A stretch of 64,000 nt of DNA from Candidatus Bathyarchaeia archaeon (GCA_050015395.1 JBEKBM010000001.1:96001-160000), one strand, 5' to 3'. Counted from the first letter of the stretch, positions 19,865 to 30,499 are shown. Notes: a model not told the origin generated them from the letters alone. Made by a program: numbers and translations.

Positions 19865-20140
19865 GTCATTCCAGCCTGATGTCTTACTCTCTTGATTATT
19901 TGATAAGCGTATTTAAATGGCACCTAATGAAGTTTTACTCAAAAGCTACCTATGCGGTAAGCCCTCTAGAATGCCTCAAACTAAAATATGACAAGGCTTA
20001 CATATAGCACGCTTGGCAATAACGCTATACCGAACCATCTTCCAAAGCAGGTGAAGCCTCTGGAAAAGCAAAAATCCGTCGCAATAATAGCCGTTAACTG
20101 GAACCAAAAGAAAACTTTAGCTGCCTGCCTTAAGCTCTTT

Positions 20141-20164
20141 GAAAAATAAAAGAAAAGGGGGAAA
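20141..20164 (-). terminator. U-rich terminator of the surface-protein gene
   Basis: Minus strand reads tttcccccttttcttttatttttc shortly after the stop codon. Confidence 0.5.
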
Positions 20165-20188
20165 TTAGTTTTTTTTCCTTGCGTGTGT

Positions 20189-22987
20189 TTATGGTTTTTT
20201 CCTGAGCATCAATAGAGCTAGTACAATAGCTACTACGATGATTACAACGAATAAGCCGGCGATTGCGGGAACAAAGTACATGTTAGCGACAGATGTCGGA
20301 GTAGCTGTTGGTGCGGTAGTAGCTGCAGGTGCCGGGTTAACTACGAAGTTGGATTCTGAGTATGATGGCCAGTAAGCGTTAGTTCCGTGGAATGTAGCGA
20401 TGACCATGTACGTTCCTGGTACATTTACAGTAGCAGTGTTATAATCGAAGCTGTAGTGGCCGCTCGCATCGCTTGTGACAGTGCCGAGGTCATGGTAGTT
20501 GCCGTTAGGGTCAATAATGGTGATGTCAACTGGTACGCCAGTAGTGTTTGACGGAATAGGATTCTGCATATACACGTATTCCATGTATGGAGTCATGCTT
20601 GCGTCAGAAACAGCTGCAACACCGTTTGGAAAGCGCGCCGCTATTGAAGACTGCGTAGTGCCAGCAGAAATGTCCAGTTCTGAGCCTTGTATCATTAAGC
20701 TTTGTCCCAAGGTGACACCTGATAATGGTGTTTCTACTGTTGTGGCTGTTGGTCCCATGCCGAAGGAGTAGATTTGGTTGTCGTAACCGTTTTCAGCTAT
20801 AAGGTAGCCGTCTGCCAGTGCGGTGCCACCAAGCATTCCAGCTGCATCCCAGAAGGTGATGTTCCAGATTGGTGCTCCGTTTGTTGCGTTCATGTCGCCT
20901 AGCATGAATCCGGCTTCAAGGTTTGGTCCTGGGCTGTGTTCCATTCCGTACCAGTACGCATTGCCTGATGCGAAAGCTCCGATGGTTGTGGGGAGGTTGT
21001 CCCAGTAGCCAGTATAGCCCATAGAAGGCGCTTTGTAGCTCCACAATAGCGCTCCAGTCGTAGTGTTGTAGGCGTATACGGTTCCGCCTTCGCCAATTGA
21101 GTCGCTGCTGTATAGCACGCCGTTATAGATGTTTGCTGAGGCGCCGTACATGTGGTTACTAACTTCAGATGCTGCTGATGTCCAGAGTAGTGCTCCTGTG
21201 GTTGCGCTATAGCCCATCCAAAGTGTTGTTTCTTTCTGGAATAATGTAAATACGCCGTTGCCTAGGGCTCCACCTTCGAGGGTTATGTTACCTGTTGGCC
21301 ATGGGTATGCTTGAGACCACACCACTTGGCCCATGGTAGCGGGGTTGGTGCTGATGGCAAATTGTGTGTAGCTAGCGGGTGTAGGATAACTTGTTTCACC
21401 GAGTATCGCTGCGGCTGTGCTGTATATGGCGAGTTGGTCTGCCTTGTCAAGGTATAAAAGTGATGCTGCAGATCCAGGCCCAAACATAGTCATAACAGTG
21501 GCAGTTGCAGCTGCAGGTAGAGTACCAGTGATATTATAAACAGTTGTGCCGACTGATGCGTCTACTTGTCCACCCAGTGGAGGTCTCCACATCCAGTAAC
21601 CGTTGGCAGCTACTGTTACGCTGTTTGAAGGATACGTGTCTTGGAGTGTTTTGGTGCTGTTCCATACGCTGAAGGTTTTGGCGAGGAGGTTGGCGGTGTA
21701 GATTATGAAACTACCGCTTGGGTCAGTAATCAGGCTTGAGGCCCCGAACATTGCTGAAGAGGCTGGCACATTCCAGAGATTGCATATCCAATTGCCGGTG
21801 AATGCGTCAAACATTGACCAGACGCTCGATCCGTTAGCGGCTGTCCAAATGCTCCAGAGATAGTCGATAGTACCGTGTTGATTGGGTGATTCGTAGTCAA
21901 GTTCCTGCCCCATGCTAAGTTGCGGATAACTCTGTCCGGCGAAGCCAAATCCTAATTGGAATGGACCTGTACTGTTTTGATACCAGACTTGTTGTCCAGT
22001 TTGTAAATTGACGTCAACGAAGCCGTACTCTGGTGGAGTAAGAATGTTATAGTAGAGTTGCCCACCCATGATTATTGGAGGCGCGAATTTTCCCTCATAT
22101 GAAAGACCTGTGTAGTAGTTGTCACCACCAGTAGCAATAGCACCTGTGTTACCTGCAACGCCTCCGAAGGTTATGGGTTTAGTCCATGCGATATGGGCGG
22201 TTGTTGGCGATTGTGTGTAGTCATTGAAGTTTGAGCCTATCTGGTTGATAGCTAGCCAGTCGCCTGTGATATAATCCCAGCTCGTGTGTCCACTTTGACT
22301 GACTGGATTACTCCAGTATTGAGTTGGTAACGGATAAGCGGGTGCGGATGGAATAGCCGTCGATTGCACGTTGACTGTAACTGCGCTGGATGTGTCAGGC
22401 TCGTAATAGTTGCCTATGCTACTGTAGCCTGTTACAAAAACGGACTCCCAAAAAGCCAATACCACAGAAGCCGGTGTGCCTGGGGGCATTCCTGCAGCGG
22501 CAGGGCCATATGCGGCATATTGCTGGGCTTCGGCGAGTTGTGCTGGGTTCAGATTATTGCCTGCGAGAAGTTGTCCAGGATAGACAAATTTGAATGTATA
22601 ATTACCTGTTGTTGCTGGAATGACGGTTTTGAAAATCGTGCCAACGGGGTCTGACGTGTAGGGTCCCAATGTTACTGTGGTGCCGTCTGGCTTCGTTTCG
22701 ATTATAGTTAGATTATACCATCGGTCACCGTATTCTCCGGTCGCGGTTGGTGGATAGTTGCTCATCCAAGCAAAGAGGCTGATTGTTTGACCGACGCCAG
22801 CGGGACTTGGGAAAGCATTAATGTAGGCATGTGATGGAATATCAACTTTGCCTGCAGCTGCTTGTGCGCCAACGAGTGGTACTAGAACTGCGAAAGAACT
22901 AGCAGCTAATATCAAAATTAAAGTAATTGCGCAAATTAATTTGTTTCCGCGGATTGTCAGTTTATTCATAGTGAAAGATTCAGACAT
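20189..22987 (-). CDS. Large secreted, C-terminally anchored protein with PQQ-like beta-propeller repeats
   Basis: Signal peptide; repeated 'AYN.TTGALLW'-type motifs; Ig-like C-terminal domain; Thr/Pro linker; TM helix followed by RKKP; many N-x-S/T sequons. Confidence 0.8.
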   Translation of the reverse strand: MSESFTMNKLTIRGNKLICAITLILILAASSFAVLVPLVGAQAAAGKVDIPSHAYINAFPSPAGVGQTISLFAWMSNYPPTATGEYGDRWYNLTIIETKPDGTTVTLGPYTSDPVGTIFKTVIPATTGNYTFKFVYPGQLLAGNNLNPAQLAEAQQYAAYGPAAAGMPPGTPASVVLAFWESVFVTGYSSIGNYYEPDTSSAVTVNVQSTAIPSAPAYPLPTQYWSNPVSQSGHTSWDYITGDWLAINQIGSNFNDYTQSPTTAHIAWTKPITFGGVAGNTGAIATGGDNYYTGLSYEGKFAPPIIMGGQLYYNILTPPEYGFVDVNLQTGQQVWYQNSTGPFQLGFGFAGQSYPQLSMGQELDYESPNQHGTIDYLWSIWTAANGSSVWSMFDAFTGNWICNLWNVPASSAMFGASSLITDPSGSFIIYTANLLAKTFSVWNSTKTLQDTYPSNSVTVAANGYWMWRPPLGGQVDASVGTTVYNITGTLPAAATATVMTMFGPGSAASLLYLDKADQLAIYSTAAAILGETSYPTPASYTQFAISTNPATMGQVVWSQAYPWPTGNITLEGGALGNGVFTLFQKETTLWMGYSATTGALLWTSAASEVSNHMYGASANIYNGVLYSSDSIGEGGTVYAYNTTTGALLWSYKAPSMGYTGYWDNLPTTIGAFASGNAYWYGMEHSPGPNLEAGFMLGDMNATNGAPIWNITFWDAAGMLGGTALADGYLIAENGYDNQIYSFGMGPTATTVETPLSGVTLGQSLMIQGSELDISAGTTQSSIAARFPNGVAAVSDASMTPYMEYVYMQNPIPSNTTGVPVDITIIDPNGNYHDLGTVTSDASGHYSFDYNTATVNVPGTYMVIATFHGTNAYWPSYSESNFVVNPAPAATTAPTATPTSVANMYFVPAIAGLFVVIIVVAIVLALLMLRKKP

Positions 22988-23211
22988 TTTTCTTTTTCTC
23001 CTATATTTTATGGTAATAAAATAATACCAGTACTTAATTGGCGCTTTTGGTACTTAACGCTTTGCTGATCGGACGCCGAGCGACAGAAAACATGTGCATG
23101 CGCAACAAGCTGGCAGAAAGTAAACAGGCTAATAAAGCCTACAAAAAATGAAAACGCAGCCAAAAAGTGGCACCGAAACATCCATATTAAAGAATTGGGT
23201 TGCTACTGATT

Positions 23212-24057
23212 TTACTCCAGCTGCTTCCACAGAGAGCTGAAGTACACTTGAGAGAGAGCTACTACATTAGGGCTATTTGACCACAGGTGCAGTCCAGACG
23301 TTAAGCTTGCTGTGTTGTTGAAGGCGATGGCAACTTCCACGTTGTCAAAGATGGCCATCACTGCTGAAGGTGGGGATGGAATGGTTCTTAGTTTAAAGTT
23401 CAGATTTTTTGTTAATGCTTTAGTTACCCAGTTTGGGAGAGAGTCAGGTTGCGGTTTTTCCGTCACTACTCTAAAGGCTACGCCTTGTCCGAGGACACTT
23501 CCTATTTGATCCTCGAATAGGATGCTTGCTTGTTTGAACCGTTTCCAAGTGGTGACGACTTCCACGCCATGAAGAACGTTTTCCAGTGCATATCGATATT
23601 TTTTACCACGATCGCCCTCCGAAACAACACCCAAACAAGGACTCCCCACAAACATATCCGTATGCAAGGGAATTTGGCTAAATTTTTCCACAAGATGCTT
23701 TGTTTTTGCACGGATACTTTTGAGCTCATGGGCTTTCCGTTGAATTAGAGTTTCTAGGGCTTCGCCTATAGGAGTTGCAGTGAAAGTAGTTGGCGCGGTT
23801 AATTTTCTTTGTATTAAGCCCATGTCTTGGAGACTAGAAATTATCAAGTATATGTCTTGTCGGTTGACAAGGGAAACCTCGGCGATTGTTTTTGCCTTCG
23901 AGCTTCCTATCATGAGAAGCGCAAGGTATACCCTAGCTTGGCGAGCAGTGAGACCTAAACTGACCAAGGCATCGACATCTTCCTCTTCAATCTCCACCGC
24001 CGTATTTGACAAATTACTGAGCGTGTTGGTATGCGGTGGTTTCGATAAATACGACAT
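23212..24057 (-). CDS. TrmB family transcriptional regulator
   Basis: N-terminal wHTH LGLTARQARVYLALL...RQDIY...LQDMGLI and a C-terminal AIFDNVEV...WSN effector-type domain. Confidence 0.85.
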   Translation of the reverse strand: MSYLSKPPHTNTLSNLSNTAVEIEEEDVDALVSLGLTARQARVYLALLMIGSSKAKTIAEVSLVNRQDIYLIISSLQDMGLIQRKLTAPTTFTATPIGEALETLIQRKAHELKSIRAKTKHLVEKFSQIPLHTDMFVGSPCLGVVSEGDRGKKYRYALENVLHGVEVVTTWKRFKQASILFEDQIGSVLGQGVAFRVVTEKPQPDSLPNWVTKALTKNLNFKLRTIPSPPSAVMAIFDNVEVAIAFNNTASLTSGLHLWSNSPNVVALSQVYFSSLWKQLE

Positions 24058-24527
24058 CTTTCACTACCCCCGATTTTACAGCCTATCCTCAACCGTTGGT
24101 ATCAGACAAGCATCGATTTGCTTAAGCGAGGACGAAAATAGCGAAACGCTGTGATATTCGAAGTTTTCCATGATGATTTCATCTAATTGGATCATGTAAA
24201 CCTTTAAAGCCATATTCTCTCTTTCTAACCATATTAGACTTTCTGTTTTTGGCTGGAAATTTCTATGCGTTGCCAACAGGCGAAGGGTGGCGACGGCTGC
24301 TGGCGGCTTTGCATCGGTAGTGGTCTTAACGTTTTTAATGAGATCTTGGTCTTCAAAAAAGTGTGTTGTTCGGTAAAGGCTATATCCTTTCTTAACAAAG
24401 CTGCCGCTCTCTTGTCTAATTAGTCGTAAAAGAGGTCGTTTACATAGATTCAGTAAGTTGGAGCTTCTTAACGTAAGCTTTATGTGTTATCGAACCGTTT
24501 AAATGCACAATAAAAAGGGATTCATTA

Positions 24528-25829
24528 ATGAAAAAAGCCTCCGAGCTTGAAAAAGGCAAGCTAGAAGTTTACGGCTCGCGTGAAAATTGGCCGCCTTACA
24601 CGTATAGGGATTACCCAGACATAAAACCAGAAACATACCAAGTCTTCATTGAGTTCCTAAATACGGAAAATACGTCAGGCAGATTAATGGAGCTTCAACC
24701 GTGGATTTCTGTTTGCGATTCAAAATGCGCTTTTTGCTATTTTCCAACAACTCCCACAAGCAAGGTCAAAATGGAGTCCTATCTTGAACTGCTCAAGAAA
24801 GAACTCGAAATGTACGCTAAAACCAAGTATGTTAAGACAAGCGTGTTCGACGAAATAGTTTTAGGAGGCGGAACCCCCAGTGTCTTGACTGCTGAGCAGA
24901 TGATCGACCTAATAGATTTTTGCAAGGCAAAATTCAACATTAACAAGGAGTACTTTATCAAAGTAACTGGTTCCTCAAAGACACTTGCGCTCAAGAAAAT
25001 TGACAAACTCGCCGAGTACGGCGTGTACCAAGTGGACATGGGTGCACAAACATTTGACGATAAACTAAGGAAAAAGCTTTGCTTGCCCGACAGCGCGGCG
25101 GACGTTGAAAAAGCCGTTCGACACGCACGAAAACTGAATTTATGTGTATGCGTGGACCTCATGTACAATCTTCCTGGGCAGACAATGGAAAGCTGGATCA
25201 GTACGCTAAAGAAGGCGATTGAACTGGATGTGGAGATTGACACTTACTCGTTACATGTGGATCCAGGCACTATACTTAAAAAAATGATTGAGACAGGAGT
25301 TTCTCCGCCACAAGGAGATGCAGAGTATGAGAAGCAAATGTACCTTACCGCCTACAAAATGCTGACTGATGCAGGCTATAAGGCAGTAGGTCACGACCGC
25401 TTTAGCCGAGTCGAATGGCACATGCGAGAGAACTGTCTCAACGGATGGCCATGGGGAGGCATTCTCACAACAGGAGCCGGATGCTTCATGGGATACCTCC
25501 AGAAATTCTCTTACTCGAACATTGAAAACATAAACGATTACATGGCAACTGTAAAAGCAGGGAAACTACCAATAAGTAGACTTTCAGAGTCAACGACTGA
25601 AGATATGATGAGACGGACAATGACCCGATTATATCTACGGTTGCCAGTAAACAAAAAAGAATTTATGCAAAAATTTGGCACCACACCAGAGAAAGTCTTT
25701 CCAAAGCAACTTCAAAAGCTAAAAGATAAGGGATTAATTGAAATTGACGACAAAGAGGTTAGAATAACAAAGTTAGGTGAGATTTGGAAAGGAAATATTG
25801 CTTGGGAATTCGCACCTAACCAAACTTAA
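24528..25829 (+). CDS. HemN-like (class C type) radical SAM enzyme
   Basis: Motifs CDSKCAFC, LGGGTPS and DLMYNLPGQT, plus a HemN_C-like tail. Confidence 0.85.
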   Translation: MKKASELEKGKLEVYGSRENWPPYTYRDYPDIKPETYQVFIEFLNTENTSGRLMELQPWISVCDSKCAFCYFPTTPTSKVKMESYLELLKKELEMYAKTKYVKTSVFDEIVLGGGTPSVLTAEQMIDLIDFCKAKFNINKEYFIKVTGSSKTLALKKIDKLAEYGVYQVDMGAQTFDDKLRKKLCLPDSAADVEKAVRHARKLNLCVCVDLMYNLPGQTMESWISTLKKAIELDVEIDTYSLHVDPGTILKKMIETGVSPPQGDAEYEKQMYLTAYKMLTDAGYKAVGHDRFSRVEWHMRENCLNGWPWGGILTTGAGCFMGYLQKFSYSNIENINDYMATVKAGKLPISRLSESTTEDMMRRTMTRLYLRLPVNKKEFMQKFGTTPEKVFPKQLQKLKDKGLIEIDDKEVRITKLGEIWKGNIAWEFAPNQT

Positions 25830-26030
25830 TTTTTTTTCCTTGGTGCCATTAACGTCATAATAAACGCTTGTTTGCGAAGCCGGCTTATCCAAAAAGACAT
25901 CCTCATTTGTATGTGATTAACTTAGCTGCAATTTTATCGCAAATAAATTAGTGTGTTTTAGCCTCAGTTCGGTCTCCCGTTTTGTAATTTGGTTTTTAAC
26001 CCTGCAGGTTCACTAACGAAAATGCCTTTT

Positions 26031-26070
26031 TTAGACTTTTCTGGACTTTTTTCAGACGTTTAGCGACGCA
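26031..26070. repeat. Short phased GAC/T-tract array
   Basis: GAC at 26034, 26044, 26055 and 26065, mostly separated by T-tracts. Confidence 0.4.
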
Positions 26071-26332
26071 ACTTGCAAACAGTTCAAGCCCTGAACCAAA
26101 AAAGCAATCTGAAAAGGCTTTCAGAAAACAGGGAGAAAGCCATCATTTTTGCAATATTTTTCCTACACATTAATGCAGCGCTATGAGAACATCGCCTAAT
26201 CATAACTAGTTCTTGGTCAAAAAGCGGGTAGCTAAATACACTCGTACCTTTTAATTTAAAACTGGATTATTGCAATCGCAACTAAAAAATTAAACGCTTT
26301 TGGGTTAAAAAAGAAAAGGAATTGGGATTTTA

Positions 26333-27007
26333 TTAATGCCTCATCGGCTGAAGCCCATACCAGGTCATCACTTTAGCAATAATAGGTACTATTACGCCTA
26401 AAGCAATGCTAGGAACGAATTCCAACACGAAGCCATACAATCCAGCTACCCCTAGAATAGATGTGTCTGCCCAAAGTCCATGATTCATGGACAGCGCCGG
26501 TGCGAGTGCAACAGTGGAGTTGAGATAAGCTTGGATTATTGCAGTTATCACCGCAGCTGTTAAGCCTGCACCTAGCATGCGTTTGAAATTCGTTGATTTA
26601 TTGCACAATGCTCCAGCCATATAACCGATGATAACAGCGTTAACGAGGTATCCTAGCATGCTCATGTCGCCGAAAAAGTTGTAATGCCCAGAGGAAGCTT
26701 CATAGTACCCTGTATAAAGCCCTGCGCTGGCTACGTAATACATGCCGCCCGTGATAAATCCTGCTGCGCCGCCAGCCCATTTGTTCCAGAGCAAGCCTAG
26801 CACTAGTGGGATGCCGAGAACGATCATTTGAGCAAAGCCAGAGGTTATAATGACACCAATGGTAGCGATTGTACCAGTAGTTCCGAGTATATGATGGGTT
26901 CCGCTGACGTTGACATAGATTGCTAGAAAGAAGATTAGTAGCACTAGAATGAGGGGTATGATTATGGCGTAGAATATGTCAGCCAGTTTAAATTTTTCTG
27001 TTTCCAA
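26333..27007 (-). CDS. Integral membrane protein (~6 TM), loosely ECF S-component-like
   Basis: Hydrophobic throughout. LGLLWNKWAGGAAGF resembles the Gly-rich S-component pattern. Confidence 0.7.
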   Translation of the reverse strand: METEKFKLADIFYAIIIPLILVLLIFFLAIYVNVSGTHHILGTTGTIATIGVIITSGFAQMIVLGIPLVLGLLWNKWAGGAAGFITGGMYYVASAGLYTGYYEASSGHYNFFGDMSMLGYLVNAVIIGYMAGALCNKSTNFKRMLGAGLTAAVITAIIQAYLNSTVALAPALSMNHGLWADTSILGVAGLYGFVLEFVPSIALGVIVPIIAKVMTWYGLQPMRH

Positions 27008-27299
27008 TTTTTATCCCTTGACTTATTTTACGTGGTGGCATGTTTATAAGCTTAATGCTTGCAAGCTTGGCATACAAGTGTTTCTGAAGCTAAAAATACA
27101 GCGCTGAACAAACGTGAGTATTTAGCTCTTGTTTTTTCTTATTTTCGTTTTAGTGATTTCTTGCTTAAATCAATCATGATAACGCTTCGCGGTACCCTTT
27201 TTACCTATGAAGACTGAAAAATATTTGGAGCAGATTTGAACATCTGACAGTAAAGTCTATGTTAATTGTGCCAAAAAAGTACATGGATAAAACACGTTT

Positions 27300-27367
27300 C
27301 TATGTTGAAAGTGCGGGCATTAATTCTATGTTGAACTATGTTGAATCATATTTGAAGCATATTAGAA
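27300..27367. repeat. CTATGTTGAA array with 10-11 bp period
   Basis: Exact CTATGTTGAA at 27300, 27326 and 27336, followed by degenerate tcatatttgaa and gcatattagaa. Confidence 0.7.
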
Positions 27368-27543
27368 GCATCTAGTAGACCGGGGGGTAGGCTTGAGCAC
27401 ACACACAAATACCCTAAGACAAAAGCCAGGAGCCAAATACATACGAACAAACAATAAAAGTACAAAGCTTTAAAAAAACGTCAATTTAAAGAAGCTTTTT
27501 ATTAAATGGCATAAAATAAAAGAAAAGAGAAAGGAAATGAAGT

Positions 27544-28908
27544 TTATTCTTGCTGTCGCAGCATAGCTTTTGATCGGAGCACAGCACCTTTCAGGTCAAT
27601 TCTTGCGGGGCAAACGTAACTACAGTGTCCACAGCCAGTGCAATAATCCGCATTTAGCTTGCTCATGGCATCGATGTTCATTTTATCAAACGCTTGCTTA
27701 ATCAGTATCGGGCTGAGATTGTGGCAGCATACACGCATGCAAGCACCGCATCTCATGCATTGGTATTCTTTGACTTTTTCAGGGGCGAATGCTTTGGCTT
27801 TAGGCAGTTTGGGCTCTTTCGATTCGGTGGTGGGTTTGAGCTTGCCAACTCTATCAAGTGCTGGTACAGTTAAGTTCATAATGACTAGCGCTACAAAGGA
27901 GGCGCCGAAGAACTGCATGTAGGTTATCATGAGCACGGTCAATATTGCCACGCCGACTCCGAAAATTACCTGTCCAGTATATGTTAACGGTGTAGTCGCA
28001 GGATCTGTTGCCATGAAGAAGGCCAGGAATATTGAACTTCCGATGAACAGCAAGAACAAAAGTCGTACAGTAACACCTGCATCACCATAAGCAAAAGACA
28101 AGAGCAATGACATTATGGCAACGGTCACAAAGTAAGCTCCAGTTATTCTCCATTTCACGTATTTGCGCGCTACGATAAAGAAGCCTATGCCAACGATGAT
28201 GACTGCAACGGTACAGGCTCCTCCAGGCCAAGCGTGGAACTTATCTAGAAACATTATTTGAAGCAAGTTGTTAGTTGTTGCTGCTGGAGCCTTGAGGTTG
28301 GCGTTAGAAAAACAGGCGATCATATAGCTACCAAATCCGGCTAGGCCATTGCCTTTTACTGCGCTGGCTAAGCCAATTGGACCCGCCAATGAAGGTACGC
28401 CAAGCAAAGAGCTTTTTAGATGATCTATTGCTATTAGCAACGTGTTAATGAAGGGTATCATAACGACTAGTTTTGCAGCTGCCGCAGGATTCACGTATTT
28501 TCTGCCTGTAAGACCGACGATTTTTTTGAAAACGACCAAACCTATGGCAGACATTAGGGCAACAAAGGCGAAACATTGAGGTGCCTCCAGAGGAAACAGG
28601 TCGACTGTGGCCATACTGGGGATGCCGAGTACGTAGATGTCAGTGACGATTAAGCCAAAAACGGCGGCGGACATGAGGTTAAGTGGGCTGTCAACTGTGA
28701 CTTTGTGCAGTAGAGCGTCAAGTCCTACGGCGATACCGACAGCGATTATGGCGTTGATAGCTAATGTAAGCCCTAGGTTCCAGCCATCTGGGCTTTTCTC
28801 AGCGGACCAGAGAACTGCTGATATGACGGTAATTATAACGAGTGAGACGAAGGTGTAAGTCATCAGTTTATCTTTAGTCATCGATGAATATTCTTTTGGT
28901 TTAGACAT
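27544..28908 (-). CDS. rnfD: RnfD/NqrB-family membrane protein fused to an RnfC-like 2x[4Fe-4S] domain
   Basis: Motifs VNPAAAAK and FFMATDPATTP. C-terminal CMRCGACMRVC and CTGCGHCSYVCPARIDL. Confidence 0.85.
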   Translation of the reverse strand: MSKPKEYSSMTKDKLMTYTFVSLVIITVISAVLWSAEKSPDGWNLGLTLAINAIIAVGIAVGLDALLHKVTVDSPLNLMSAAVFGLIVTDIYVLGIPSMATVDLFPLEAPQCFAFVALMSAIGLVVFKKIVGLTGRKYVNPAAAAKLVVMIPFINTLLIAIDHLKSSLLGVPSLAGPIGLASAVKGNGLAGFGSYMIACFSNANLKAPAATTNNLLQIMFLDKFHAWPGGACTVAVIIVGIGFFIVARKYVKWRITGAYFVTVAIMSLLLSFAYGDAGVTVRLLFLLFIGSSIFLAFFMATDPATTPLTYTGQVIFGVGVAILTVLMITYMQFFGASFVALVIMNLTVPALDRVGKLKPTTESKEPKLPKAKAFAPEKVKEYQCMRCGACMRVCCHNLSPILIKQAFDKMNIDAMSKLNADYCTGCGHCSYVCPARIDLKGAVLRSKAMLRQQE

Positions 28909-29159
28909 TATTTCTTAATCTCCTTGATTTCTCCTTTCAATTTAGCGCTGGTTGGTTTTATAAGACTTTCCCAAAGCCTATGCATGTTCTATATCTAAGA
29001 AGGAAAAATAAGAAAGCAAAAGCCAACGGGTTTTCTTTTGAAGATCAAAATTGCCTCACTTGATTGATTTCTGCAACCTTTGCAGAGAAATAGAAAGCTG
29101 GTTTCTAGGAGTAAGTTTTATATCGCATTAACTAATCTTATTTTCAACCGTGATATTAC

Positions 29160-30239
29160 ATGGCTCCAAATAAGTCACCATTGTACATGGTGGTTTGGCG
29201 GTGTACAAGGAACTGTGTTGGCAATTGCATGTACTGCAGTTATACCAAAGACTATGCTAAAGACACCGAGCTGGACACCAAAGGTGCCAAAAAGATGGTT
29301 GACGAAATCCATGACTTCGGTTCGCCATGGTTTGGCATTAGCGGCGGAGAACCCTTGATTCGAGAGGACATCTTTGAAGTTATTGCTTATGCTGAAGAAA
29401 AGTATGACATGGAAATTAGTCTTATCACAAGTGGGTTTGCGTTTGATGAGGAACGGTTTGATAAGCTTAGAAAGTATAATGTTCACACGGCAATCAGCAT
29501 TGATGGAAACAGGGAATCAAATGAAATTATTCGACGCAAAGGTAGCTATGACAAAGCAGTATATGCTATGAAGAAGCTCTCCGAGGTTGGATTACTAGAC
29601 TGCTTAGTCACAACCATGACCAAGTATAACATCAAGCACATGGCGCACCCTGCAGCACTTGCAGAGGAATACAAAGCCCGTATGCTTGTCTACCATAACC
29701 TAGTTCCAGTTGGCAGAGCAGGAAGCAATATGCCTGACTTAGCACCGACACCTGAACAATATGAGGAAACTTTTAACGAAATATACGACATCCAAAGAAA
29801 ACTTATGGGCAAAGTTAAAGTCAACGTTTACTCGCCTTTCTACGCCAGAATCGTACGTCAGAAAAACCCAGTTGACTTCTGGGACTGGTATCATGAGGGC
29901 TATCTCGGCAGATGCACCATCGGCGGCAACTACGTTGGCATAACTGAAAACGGAGACTACCGTAGCTGCGGTTTCCATGAAGGCTACCGTTTAGGAAACG
30001 TCAAAGACAAGAAATTGACTAAGGTTTGGGATGATCTGCAACACAGCGAACTGCACCTGAAGTTGCGTGACAAGAGCAACATTAAGGGCAAATGCGGAGT
30101 TTGTGAGTACCGAGAAATCTGTGGTGGATGCAGAACCCGCGCCGAATACTACACGGGCGACCTGTTCGAGTCAGACCCAGCCTGCAACTACATACCAAAG
30201 CTGCTTCAGGAAGACCCAAAAGCCCTTAAAAAACAATAA
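29160..30239 (+). CDS. Radical SAM/SPASM protein (NirJ/AhbC/AhbD-like)
   Basis: Motifs CVGNCMYC, SGGEPL and LVPVGRA. SPASM cysteines in C...ENGDYRSC...KCGVCEYREICGGCR...DPAC. Confidence 0.9.
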   Translation: MAPNKSPLYMVVWRCTRNCVGNCMYCSYTKDYAKDTELDTKGAKKMVDEIHDFGSPWFGISGGEPLIREDIFEVIAYAEEKYDMEISLITSGFAFDEERFDKLRKYNVHTAISIDGNRESNEIIRRKGSYDKAVYAMKKLSEVGLLDCLVTTMTKYNIKHMAHPAALAEEYKARMLVYHNLVPVGRAGSNMPDLAPTPEQYEETFNEIYDIQRKLMGKVKVNVYSPFYARIVRQKNPVDFWDWYHEGYLGRCTIGGNYVGITENGDYRSCGFHEGYRLGNVKDKKLTKVWDDLQHSELHLKLRDKSNIKGKCGVCEYREICGGCRTRAEYYTGDLFESDPACNYIPKLLQEDPKALKKQ

Positions 30240-30271
30240 ACACACCATTCTTTTCTTTCTGTCATTCCTGT

Positions 30272-30405
30272 GAACAAATGCTCAAGAACTATCCGCAACT
30301 AAAGAAAGAAGATGCGATCGCTGTTTTGAAATATGCCGCCTAGATTCTTACCGAAGAGAAGGTTTACCCGCTACCTTGACCCGTTTATAGCTAGATGAAA
30401 ACCCA
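30272..30405 (+). pseudogene. Remnant of a DUF433 / DUF5615 (PIN) toxin-antitoxin pair
   Basis: EQMLKNYPQLKKEDAIAVLKYAA*ILTEEKVYPLP* overlaps (TTGA) with MTRL*LDEN. Confidence 0.65.
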
Positions 30406-30499
30406 AAGAACCCGTTAGTGACACTGCACATACATACAAAGACGCTACGTGAAAAAAACGCTTATTCTGGGCTTTAGGAAAAAACATTCTTCTTTATTT

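Noticed and set aside
15640-30425. Integron attC-like GTTAG sites near 15680 and 30414
   Set aside because: No matching inverse core, no cassette array and no integrase.
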